Both the position numbers and the translations under genes were made by a program. Below, piece by piece: positions 32,620 to 44,300 of a DNA stretch of 64,000 nt. The DNA is from Tubiluchus corallicola. Taxonomy: Eukaryota > Animalia > Priapulida. The stretch is from assembly GCA_030141605.1 (NCBI GenBank), contig JAQGDQ010000417.1:139589-203588 (forward strand), read 5' to 3'. Each line of letters starts with the position of its first letter. The first letter of the stretch is position 1. The notes under the pieces are model-generated. The model made no database searches. It saw only the letters and a list, made by a program, of their open reading frames with translations, and had not been told where the DNA came from.

Positions 32620-33465
32620 TTATCTGCACAAACAGATTTTCTTGAAAGCTTTTCTAAACTTGCTATTCATTGCAGCATAGATGATTGGATTGGCAAAACT
32701 GTTGCAATGTCCAAACCAAAGGCAGAAGAAATAATTCAGAGCACTATTTGCTGAATGTGGATTTCGCATTATGAAATAAGGTCCCCAACAAACGAAGAAT
32801 ACAACAGTGGTCACAAGTAACATCTGTGTTGCTTTCATTTCTGCCACGTTTACACTAGTCTGTGGATTTTCTTGATGAATTCTCAACACTTGCCTCCGTG
32901 CAGCCTTCCATATTATTGTGTACAGTACTGATAGTATGATTAGAGGCAAATAAAAGAACAGAATTTTATCTATTAGAACTACAGAATGAAATCCTTTCGT
33001 GTCTGGTGCCATGATTAAATAGGCTGCAGCAATTGCAAGAAACCAAGTAGTACAAATGAAAGCAGCTATCATCCTCCCTGTGACATAGATGTTGTACTTA
33101 AAGGGATGTAAAATAGCCAGATATCTTTCCACAGCTATAATGCATAGATGCATTATGCTCACGCTTGTCAAAAGCGTCATGGTGAAGTAAATGACATATT
33201 CTAAAATTTCATTAGCTAGTCTCAAACGAATTGCTTCCAAAGGCATTATTACTCCAACCAACAAATCTGTCACAGCTAGTGACACAATCAGAGCATTCAT
33301 TTTTGTTCGCAGCTGCTCGTACTTGTAAACTGCGACAAGAATTAACATGTTGCCAGCAATCACAATGAAAGCAGTGACCACAAACAAGTATAAAACAATT
33401 TGCCAAATATGCAAGTTTTTCACCTCTGCTTCTCCGGTCGCATTTGCTGTACAATTATCCATCAT
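32620..33465 (-). CDS. Intronless orphan class A GPCR, 281 aa
   Basis: Complete 7TM motif set; TATAAAA about 80 bp upstream on the minus strand. Confidence 0.93.
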   Translation of the reverse strand: MMDNCTANATGEAEVKNLHIWQIVLYLFVVTAFIVIAGNMLILVAVYKYEQLRTKMNALIVSLAVTDLLVGVIMPLEAIRLRLANEILEYVIYFTMTLLTSVSIMHLCIIAVERYLAILHPFKYNIYVTGRMIAAFICTTWFLAIAAAYLIMAPDTKGFHSVVLIDKILFFYLPLIILSVLYTIIWKAARRQVLRIHQENPQTSVNVAEMKATQMLLVTTVVFFVCWGPYFIMRNPHSANSALNYFFCLWFGHCNSFANPIIYAAMNSKFRKAFKKICLCR

Positions 33466-34727
33466 ACATGCAAAAGTTAAGAGCCATGTTTAATTCGATA
33501 ATGCACTAGTCTATCATGCTACGTACCTCAAACAGTTCTCTTTTATAAAGTGCCACACAATGTATTTTTTACTGTACAAATACCACATATTACATGTTTT
33601 TGGTGAACGTTTAAGAGAGATCAAGTTTGCATGTCTACGCATTGGACTCTGTTTTAGCCTAATGAAAAAAGCTCTGAGCTGCATGGAACAGGATTTTAAC
33701 AATTAGTGGTGTGTTATATAGTAAGTGAAGGCTGTGTTTACAGATCATTTACTGTTTGTCAAATGCAACAGCCATGACAACATTTCTATTTACCATCAAA
33801 TAGACACTTTGTTGCTCTGTATACTAGAAACTGTGTGTCAGGCATGAAACAAACAGCATTGTCTGGAGCACATTAGTGTCTGTTTATTTTTCTATTACAT
33901 GAGTTATACGAAGCTTTTGTGGTCAAATGTCAAACGTCACTATGTGTCACCATCTGAGCACCTACACCAGATGTCTATCCTTCAAGTTTTGGGACTCTAG
34001 GTATTGGGTTTTTTTAGTTATTGAGTGTCATAGTGGAGAATAAAAAGAAATAAATAAACTGTTTGTGAAAAAGAAGATTCGCATGTATCGCACGACCTTA
34101 AGGCACACCTTAGTGTGCAATAATTTATTACGGATTATCCTAGGCGCTAAATCAATTACACAAAAAAACCTCATTTGCTTATTAATTACAGCAGGTGTGC
34201 GTTAATGCCTTGAAATTTTTGTTTGACTACAATGAATTGTTCTGTCTGGGATTAGACTAAAACAAAGACGGATCGCAAGAGATTGTCTAGTGATGGCATT
34301 AAACTTACACCTTAAAGATACCTGGCTCAAATCCAGGTTTATAAAAGATTGATTCAAAGTTTTGTTAAGCTTCAAGTTCAAAAATTTATCGATTGCAGTA
34401 CATTGATAGGGCAAGCAGAACGTTCAAGTGGTAACTGTGACTACGTTCTGGGAGTTTTTTACTAAACGAAGGAATACATAACCAAAAAGTGCAGGCTGTG
34501 CTCTGAAGTTATCAAAAATCACAAAATCTCACCCAGAAGTTTTCGAAGATTCGAACTCCAAAAAATCACAGATGGGTGAAAGAATTCCAGTCTGGCAACT
34601 CCTAAACTACTCGCCTTGTTCTTGTTCTTGCATCTCGCTGGAAACAGCTAATAGCTTAATATTCGCTGTACATTCGACGGACGGTAAACTCATTCAACTG
34701 AAAGCTCCATGAGAGGGGGAAATTTTA

Positions 34728-35121
34728 AAAACTCATAAACCGGTAAATGCCTTCACACTTGTCCATTGGACAACATTAAAGTAGAAGCCCACAAACCGGT
34801 AAAGGCTTTCACACTTGTCCATTGGACAACATTAAAGTAGAAGCCCACAAACCGGTAAAGGCTTTCACACTTGTCCATTGGACAACATTAAAGTAGAAGC
34901 TCACAAACCGGTAAATGCCTTCACACTTGTCCATTGGACAACATTAAAGTAGAAGCTCACAAACCGGTAAATGCTTTCACACTTACCCATTGGACAACAT
35001 TAAAGTAGAAGCTCACAAACCGGTAAATGCTTTTACACTTGTCCATTGGACAACATTAAAGGAGAAGCCCACAAACTGGTAAATACTTTCACACCTGTCC
35101 ATTGGACAACATTAAAGTAGA
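34728..35121. repeat. 56-bp minisatellite, about 7 copies
   Basis: Same unit as the 31.2-kb array. Confidence 0.95.
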
Positions 35122-35377
35122 CTACAATTAAGCGAAAACTTGTTCGATGTTTTGAAATTTTTGTATCTTGTCAGTCACCAGAACCAAGAAGATACTAAAG
35201 AGAACTTCTCAAATGAGTTCGTTCTTTGAATGACACCACATGTGTAAATATGTTATTGGTCTTTATTTTCACAATACCTGTAAACTGATGTATAATGCCT
35301 TTACTGCATTATTTATTGCAATTACACCTGTTGTTTCTGATCACAGTAACATTTTCCCTTAATGGTTTTCCCTTAAT

Positions 35378-35914
35378 GGCTTTCATTACTGCCACCTTTA
35401 CACTAGTCTGCGGATTTTCTTAATTAATTCTCAACACTTGCCTCCGTGCAGCCTTCCATATTATTGTGTACAGTACTGATAGTATGATTACAGGCAAATA
35501 AAAGAACAGAATGTTATTCATCAGAAATACCGAATGAAACGTTTTCATATCTAGTGCTAGGTAGGATGCAACAAATCCAAGAAGACAAATAGCACAAATA
35601 AAATCAGCTATGACCTTCCCAGTGACATGAATGTTCTACTTACAGGGATGTAAAACAGCCAGATATCTTTCAGCAGCCATAAGACACAGGTTTATTATGC
35701 TCACACTTGTCAAAGGCATCATGGTGGTCCTATTGGCCTGACTGAAAATTTGGCTAGCTAGTTTTAAACTAATTACCGACAGAGGCATTATTATTTTGAT
35801 TAGCAAGTCATATCTAGCGACACAATCAGTGCACTGTTTATTTTCCGCAGCTGCATGTACTTGTAAACTGAGAAGAGAATTAGCATGTTGACAGCAATTA
35901 TAGCCACAGCAGTA
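35378..35914 (-). pseudogene. GPCR pseudogene fragment (TM1 to ICL3)
   Basis: Homologous to cluster GPCRs (AVAIIAVNMLIL..VYKY, AERYLAVLHP, ILFFYLP) with stops and frameshifts; both ends missing. Confidence 0.85.
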
Positions 35915-36158
35915 AGTTCGTCTGAATTTGGCCTTTGAATGACATCACAAGTGGTATTGTTCGTCATTGTTTTCACTATGCCTGTACATTGTTGCTTGCT
36001 TTTACACCTGTTATTTATAATCACAGTAATGTTCTCTAGTAATGGCTTTGTTTACGAAATATTCGGCTATGTGCGTTTTCATTTTCGAAGTAAACAATTC
36101 GATGTACTTTTGATGATAACACAGAGACTAGCATATACAAAGTACATCTCTTTAGTTT

Positions 36159-36908
36159 TTATTTGCATAAACCCATTTTCTTGAAAGCTTTTCTAAACTT
36201 GCTATTCATTGCTGCATAGACGATTGGATTGGCAAAACTGTTGCAATATCCAAACCAAATGTAGAAGAAAAAATTCAGAGTGCTATTTGCCGAATCTGGT
36301 TTTGTTATTATGAAATTAGGCCCCCAGCAAATGAAAAATACAACAGTGCTCACAAGTAACATCTTTGTTGCTTTCATTTCTGCCACCTTTACACTAGTCT
36401 GTGGATTTTCTTAATGAATTCTCAACAGTTGCCTCAGTGCAGCCTTCCGTATTATTGTGTATAGTACTGATAGTATGATTACAGGCAAATAAAAGAACAG
36501 AATGTTATTCATCAAAAATACCGAATGAAACGTTTTCATATCTAGTGCTAGGTAGGATGCAACGAATCGAAGAAATCAAATAACATGAATAAAATCAGCT
36601 ATGACCTTCCCAGTGACATGAATGTTCTACTTACAGGGATGTAAAACAGCCAGAAAATGGTGGACCTATTGACCTGACTGAAAATTTGGCTAGCTAGTTT
36701 TAAACTAATTACAGACAGAGGCATTATTATTTTGATTAGCAAGTCACAACTAGCGACACAATCAGTGCAGCTGCATGTACTTGTAAAATAAGATGAGAAT
36801 TAACGTGTTGACAGCAATTATAGCCACAGCAGTAAGCAGATACAAACATAAAATAATTCAGTCTCTCTGCTCTGCTTGATCTGTCAGATTTACTGTACGA
36901 TTTAACAT
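36159..36908 (-). pseudogene. GPCR pseudogene (intact 3' end, disrupted 5' part)
   Basis: TM6-TM7-H8 open (36159-36386); upstream part has an internal TM3 deletion near 36655 and frameshifts. Confidence 0.88.
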
Positions 36909-37331
36909 TATGTAGAGAAGTTAGATGTCTTATTTGATCACTAGTCACTTATCATGGACACATTGTGTAACTCACTACTTTAAAATGTTGCAGGTTAATT
37001 ACTTTTCACTGCACAGATACTAATTTCCTAGCTGTTTTGAACATATTTAATCAAGCGTGTAGGTTTAAGTGGTCAGTATTGTTGGTAAGTTCGTCTGAAT
37101 TTGACCTTTGAATGACATCACAACAGGTATTGTTCGTCATTGTTTTCACGATACCTGTACATTGTTGCTTGCTTTTACACCTGTTATTTATAATCACAGT
37201 AATGTTCTCTAGTAATGGGTTTGTTTACGAAATATTCGGCTAGGTGCATTTCCATTTTCGAAGTAAAAAATTCCATGTACTTTTGTTGATAACACAGTGA
37301 CTAGCATATAAAATGTACATCTATTTAGTTT

Positions 37332-38162
37332 TTATCTGCACAAACAGATTTTCTTGAAAGCTTTTCTAAACTTGCTATTCATTGCAGCATAGATGATTGG
37401 ATTGGCAAAACTGTTGCAGTATCCAAACCAAAGGCAGAAGATAAATGCCAGACATGGTTGTGTAATTATGAAATTAGGCCCACAGCAAACGAAGAATACA
37501 ACAGTGGTTACAAGCAACATCTTTGTTGCTTTCATTTCTGCCACATTTACACTAGCCTGTGGATTTTCTTGATGAATTCTCAACAGTTGCCTCCGTGCAG
37601 CCTTCCATATTATTGTGTACAGTACTGATAGTATGATTATAGGCAAATAAAAGAACAAAATGTTGTCCACTAGAACAACTGAATGAAATCCTTTCATTCC
37701 TAGTGCCATGATTAAATAGGCTGCAGCAAACCCAAGAAGCCAAGTAGCACAAATAAAAGCAGCTATCATCCTCCCTGTGATGTAGATGTTGTACTTATAG
37801 GGATGTAAAATAGCCAAATATCTTTCCACAGCTATGATGCATAGATGCATTATGCTCACATTTGTCAAAAGCATCATGGTGAAGCGAATGACATGTCTTA
37901 AAATTTCGTTAGCTAGTCTCCCACAAATTGCTTCCAAAGGCATTATTACTCCAACCAACAAATCCACCACGGCTAGTGACACGATCAGAGCATTCATTTT
38001 TGTTCGCAGCTGCTCGTACTTGTAAACTGCGACAAGAATTAATGTGTTGCCAGCAATCACAGCAAAAGCAGTGACCACAAACAAGTATAAAGCAATTTGC
38101 CAAATATGCAAGTTTTTCACCTCTGCTTGTCCAGTCATATTTGCCGTAAAATTATCCATCAT
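37332..38162 (-). CDS. Intronless orphan class A GPCR, 276 aa (short ECL3; CCGP instead of CWGP)
   Basis: Complete ORF with 7TM motifs. Confidence 0.9.
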   Translation of the reverse strand: MMDNFTANMTGQAEVKNLHIWQIALYLFVVTAFAVIAGNTLILVAVYKYEQLRTKMNALIVSLAVVDLLVGVIMPLEAICGRLANEILRHVIRFTMMLLTNVSIMHLCIIAVERYLAILHPYKYNIYITGRMIAAFICATWLLGFAAAYLIMALGMKGFHSVVLVDNILFFYLPIIILSVLYTIIWKAARRQLLRIHQENPQASVNVAEMKATKMLLVTTVVFFVCCGPNFIITQPCLAFIFCLWFGYCNSFANPIIYAAMNSKFRKAFKKICLCR

Positions 38163-39424
38163 ACACGCATAAGTTAAGAGCCATGTTTAATTCGATAATG
38201 CACTAGTCCATCATCCTAGGTACCTCAAACAGTTCTCTTATATAACGTGCCATACAATGTATTTTTTACTGTACAAATACCACATATTACATGTTTTTGG
38301 TGAACGTTTAAGAGAGATAAAGTTTGCATGTCTACGCATTGGACTCTGTTTTAGCCTAATGAAAAAAGCTCTGAGCTGCATGGAACAGGATTTTAACAAT
38401 TAGTGGTGTGTTATATACTAAGTGAAGGCTGCGTTTACAGATCACTTACTGCCAATCAAATGCAAGAGCCTTGGCAACATTTCTATTTACCATCAAATAG
38501 AGACTTTGTTACTCTGTTCACTAGAAACTGTGTGTCATGTATGAAACAAACAGCATTGTCTGGAGCACATTAGTGTCTGTTTATTTTTCTATTACATGAG
38601 TTATACGAAGCTTTTGTGGTCAAATGTCAAACGTCACTATGTGTCACCATCTGAGCACCTACACCAGATGTCTATCCTTCAAGTTTTGGGACTCTAGGTA
38701 TTGGGTTTTTTTAGTTATTGAGTGTCATAGTGGAGAATAAAAACAAATAAATAAACTGTTTGTGAAAAAGAAGATTCGCATGTATTGCACGACCTTAAGG
38801 CACACCTTAGTGTGCAATAATTTATTACGGATTATCCTAGGCGCTAAATCAATTACACAAAAAAACCCCATTTGCTTATTAATTACAGCAGGTGTGCGTT
38901 AATGCCTTGAAATTTTTGTTTGACTACAATGAATTGTTCTGTCTGGGATTAGACTAAAACAAAGACTGATCGCAAGAGATTGTCTAGTGATGGCATTAAA
39001 CTTACACCTTAAAGATACCTGGCTCGAATCCAGGTTTATAAAAGATTGATTCAAAGTTTTGTTAAGCTTCAAGTTCAAAAATTTATCGATTGCAGTACAT
39101 TGATAGGGCAAGCAGAACGTTCAAGTGGTAACTGTGACTACGTTCTGGGAGTTTTTTACTAAACGAAGGAATACATAACCAAAAAGTGCAGGCTGTGCCC
39201 TGAAGTTATCAAAAATCACAAAATCTCACCCAGAAGTTTTCGAAGATTCGAACTCCAAAAAATCACAGATGGGTGAAAGAATTCCAGTCTGGCAACTCCT
39301 AAACTACTCGCCTTGTTCTTGTTCTTGCATCTCGCTGGAAACAGCTAATAGCTTAATATTCGCTGTACATTCGACGGACGGTAAGCTCATTCAACTGAAA
39401 GCTCCATGAGAGGGGGAAATTTTA

Positions 39425-39704
39425 AAAGCACACAAACCGGTAAATGCTTTCACACTTGTCCATTGGACAACATTAAAGTAGAAGCCCACGAACTGGTAAA
39501 GGCTTTCACACTTACCCATTGGACAACATTAAAGTAGAAGCTCACAAACCGGTAAATGCTTTCACACTTGTCCATTGGACAACATTAAAGGAGAAGCTCA
39601 CAAACCGGTAAATGCTTTCACACTTGTCCATTGGACAACATTAAAGGAGAAGCCCACAAACTGGTAAATACATTCACACCTGTCCATTGGACAACATTAA
39701 AGTG
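39425..39704. repeat. 56-bp minisatellite, about 5 copies
   Basis: Same unit as the 31.2-kb array. Confidence 0.95.
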
Positions 39705-40078
39705 GACTACAATTAAGCGAAAACTTGTTCGATGTTTTGAAATTTTTGTATCTTGTCCGTCAAAAAGATACTAAACCAGAACCAAGAAGATACTAAAGAG
39801 AACTTCTCAAATGAGTTCGTTCTTTGAATGACACCACATGTGTAAATATGTTATTGGTCTTTATTTTCACAATACCTGTATGCTGATGTATAATGCCTTT
39901 ACTGCATTATTTACTGCAATTACACCTGTTGTTCCTGATCACAGTAACGTTTCCCTTAATGGCTATGGCTGTAAAACATTCGGCTAATGTGTTTCAGTTT
40001 TTTTGTAGCCATGATATCGATGTATTTTTTGTTGGTTAAACAATACTGGCAATATACATAAGTAAATCTCTTTAGTTT

Positions 40079-40201
40079 TTATCTGCACAAACAGATTTTT
40101 TGAATGCTTTTCTAAACTTGCTATTCATTGCAGCATAGATGATTGGATTGGCAAAACTGTTGCAATATCCAAACCAAACGCAGAAGAAATGATTCAGAGC
40201 A
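40079..40201 (-). pseudogene. GPCR 3' remnant (TM7-H8-stop only)
   Basis: ALNHFFCVWFGYCNSFANPIIYAAMNSKFRKAF..; the rest of the gene is deleted and joined to upstream flank sequence. Confidence 0.85.
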
Positions 40202-40387
40202 TCATCCTAGGTGAGCATCATCCTACAGATCACTTACTGCCTACCAAATGCAACAGCCATGACAACATTTCTATTTACCATCAAATAGAGACTTTGTTGC
40301 TCTGTTCACTAGAAACTGTGTGTCAGGCATGAAACAAACAGCATTATCTGGAGCACATTAGTGTCTGTTTACTTTTCTATTACATGA

Positions 40388-40830
40388 GTTAAAAAACTTG
40401 TAACAATTTTATTGCAAAATGTACAATGTTTACAGATTATAAACTTTTATGACACATTATGATACCACTACAGTAGAAAATTTTCAACCTCTCCAAATGC
40501 TATCTCAAGACCAACCGGAACTTGCATGCCTGGGAGAATAAAGCTCTAATCACATGACCAGACATACAAGTTCCTATTGGAAGGTACATTAATTCATGCA
40601 AAGGTCACCTCTACTCTACATGTTAAACCAACATCAAATCTACTTGGCTTCTTATATAGCAGAATACATTAAGTTCACTAGTTGCTTCTCTTCCAAACTT
40701 TATCTAATTTTCAGTAGTCATGGAAATTAGGAGATGGGGAGGCATATTGAGGCTGCAGCTAAAAAACATTTGTAGAAAACTGACAATTAAATAGATTACA
40801 TAATAATACAATCGCGTACAATAAGCGACA
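40388..40830 (-). repeat. 3' LTR
   Basis: Direct repeat of 48164-48607 with about 2 internal mismatches by eye; terminal base missing or altered. Confidence 0.95.
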
Positions 40831-41348
40831 CTGCGCCAACAGAGAAAAAAAAGGAAAATGGAAAAAGTCATTAGCTACAGAGCAAACACAAAATGTCATG
40901 TCATGGATCACAAAGCTACATCAATACATACAATACAACATCAGAGAAAAAATTACCATTATACATTATCAAAATCAGATTTTGTTAATTGGCACTACAA
41001 AACCGACAATACATTTAAAGTCGTCTAATAATCAATGTAATCAGCAACTAGTAATCATGTAATCAATTTCAAAACAAAACTAAACAATGTAACAAAATTA
41101 ATAAAAACTGAGGAAGGGTCTAACAGTGCTATGGGCTACTGCGAGTGCCATTTCCTAACGGCCATGTAGTTTAATTATCCCTTCAAAATCATTAAAAATT
41201 TAACAGTAATATTAATGCGCAAGTCATAGACATAACAATAATACTAGTACGCAACTCATAAAAACTTTATGGGTTGCATTGTTCTGGACGCTGATGTACA
41301 ACGAGAAAGATGTGAATGTAATTATACAGCGTGAGGTAAGATAATTAC

Positions 41349-44300
41349 TTAAACCTTATCATTATCAATCAGACCTTTGATAATTTTTCTTGCTTTGACA
41401 GCTGATTCTCGTTTAGTTAACATACGTTTGACGAGCATTGGAGACTTGCAAGTAAGAGGTTGGTCAGATGCTGCCTGAGTGATAGGATACAAATGATGTA
41501 CGGGTCTTTGCAATGAGTTTCCATTAGCCAGTACCACTTCAGCACCTCGTACTTCCCCATCACTACTGCCTAACAACCGAGAAATTCGGCCTAATTTCCA
41601 TCTCCCTCTTGGGTGATTTTCTTCCTTAATTAGAACAACATCATTAATTTTTGGAATTTGTTTGAGTGCACCCCTTTTAGTTACCAGCTCTGACTGGGTT
41701 CTTGCACGCAAGTCTCCAAGGTATTCAGTTTGCCACCGTTTCCAAAATTGTTTAACTTGTTTCTGACCATTTTTCCAATTCTCAATTAATGCTTTTATCG
41801 TTGGTTGGAAATCTGGGTCATTGCACACATTACTTTCAAGGTCTTGGATGCCTGGTGGACGATGTCCAGTAGGCATGAGAAAGGAATTTGGCGACAATGC
41901 TTCTAACGTGGATGAGTCAACATAACAGAGTGGTCTGGAGTTGATAATGTACTGGATCTCTTCTAGTACAGTCACCAGTATTTCATAAGGAAGAGGTTTG
42001 CACAATGTTGTTTTTCTGAGAGTGCGTTTTACCAGACCAACAAGTCTTTCATAATGACCCCCTTGATGTGATGCTTTGGGGATAATGAAAGACCATGAAA
42101 AACCAGATTTAGTAGCAAATTCTTGACACAATTTGCTATGCAATACAGAATTGAAATGAGCATCCATGGTATTTCGAACTAGCTTGAAGGTGGGTGCATT
42201 ATCTGAATACATTTTTTTAGGACAGCCATAGCGAGCTATGAACCTTCTCAAGACTAGTATTAGAGATTCTGCTGTCATGTCTGTAACTAGAGCTAAATGA
42301 ACTGCCCTAGTTGTCAAGCAGTCGAACAACACTATCCAAGACTTTTTTGTCAAGTTCTTGGTTTTAGAAGTACCACTCTTATACAAAATAGGCCCCATAT
42401 AATCTACTCCCACATAAGAGTAGGGACAAGAGGGTACCAGACGCTCATCAGGTAACTGTTTAAATGGAGGTGAGCAATAAGGACCACCTTCATATCTTCT
42501 ACATGTTAAACATTTTCTTAAGATAGCTCTTATGATATTGCGCCCATTAGGCACCCAATAGTTAATGCGGAAAATTGCCAAAACCTGTGATACGCCAACA
42601 TGGCAATATACTTTGTGTATATGTTGCACAATTAGTTCTACAAGTTTACAATTTGGTAGTAATAGTGGTTGTGATGTTAATAAACTGTGCTTATTCTGAA
42701 ATCTTGTTTTGCAAGCAATTAGACCAGCATCATTCACAAAGAAGGTGACATTAGAAGAGGCCCTTTGCAATTTTTGCTGAACAAAATCAAGGTAAGTAAA
42801 CTGTATCCATCTGATCCACAGTTTCAAAGCCTGTGTTGTCTCCTGTATGGTAACGAGATTTTCGCTCAATCTTAGGCCCTCTTTGTAATGTACAATTACT
42901 TGCATAATTCTGAGTACAAAGGCAGTGACTATTAGAAGTCTGTCTAACGATGAGTAATCATTGATGTTAATCACATTGCCAATTTTTTGTTTGCAGGCTA
43001 TGGCATTAGCTACACAAGATGTTTCAAAGAAGACTTCCTTGGTATTGGGCATTTCAGACTCTACTTCAATTTCTTGCTCTTGTGTAAGACTGGGAGCAGA
43101 AGAAGAGACAGGCCAAGTTACGATCTCTTGGGTAAGAAAGGTAGGACCGTGTAACCATGATTCTGAAATAGGCCTTTCCGTTATCCTCGTCCCTTTATCT
43201 GCAGGATTTAAATCGGATGAAATGTGCCTGACTTCCAGATTGGGCACTTCTTTTATCTCTTGAATCCGATTTCTGACAAAGATAGAAAGCCTTTTTTGAG
43301 AATGCAGCCAGTGCAACACACATAATGAGTCAATGAACAGAAATGCTTGTTCTATGTCAACATGAAGGTGTTGCTTGGCATACACAATCGCACGAGATCC
43401 TATCAAGGCAGCCATAAGTTCGGCCCTTGGTATGGTAAATTTATTGGGTGGCACAATTCGTGTTTTGGCAAACAAAATGTTTGACTGACAGGAGTTAAGT
43501 GACATGTCATGCACTCTTAAGTACAGCACACAACAGTAAGCCTTTTGCGAAGCATCAGCAAAGCACACAATTGTGTATAGAGCATTGACAGCAGCTATAT
43601 ATCTAGGGACAGTCAATGTCTGAGTAAACTGTATTAAGTTTACAGCCTGTTGCCACAAATTTAAGTTGTCTTCATTCAATTGAGTGTCCCAACCCAGCTT
43701 TTGTTGCCATAATGATGATAATAGTAATTTTCCAGGAAGAAGCAATGGAGCACTGATACCAGTTGGATCAAAGACTGAAGAAACGCAATGAAGGATCTTT
43801 CGTTTGGTGTCAGCTTCACGAAAGGCAGTAACATCAATTTTGACTAAGGAAAGGGTGTCTTCCAATCGGTCATAAAACAGTCCCAAAACCTTCATGTGAG
43901 GATCTGTGACTCGATCGCTATCAGGTAACATGTCAAGGAACTGACTTGAATTAGAGAACCACTGTCTCAAATTGAAACCCGCTTCTTTGAAGAGTTGTTT
44001 AGCAGCACTGTAAAAACTCACTGCTTGTTCTTCACCATCAACACCAGTCAGCAAGTTGTCCACATACAGATCTCGTAAAATCTGACTTGAAAGCTCTGTA
44101 TCATGCAACTTCAGGTGATGTGTGATGGTGGCAGCAAGCAGGAAAGGTGAGCAAATTATGCCAAAAGCTACTCGCTTGAAGCGATATATGACTAAATTCT
44201 TTGGTGAAAAATCAAATTTAGTTGGGTCCCTCAGCCACAAAAAACGGGTACAGTCCCTATCGCCTTCGTGCAAGCCCACATTTAAAAAAGCCTTTTCTAT

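Noticed and set aside
40831-41348. env-like gene in the retrotransposon
   Set aside because: Only about 500 bp lie between the pol stop and the 3' LTR, with no ORF.
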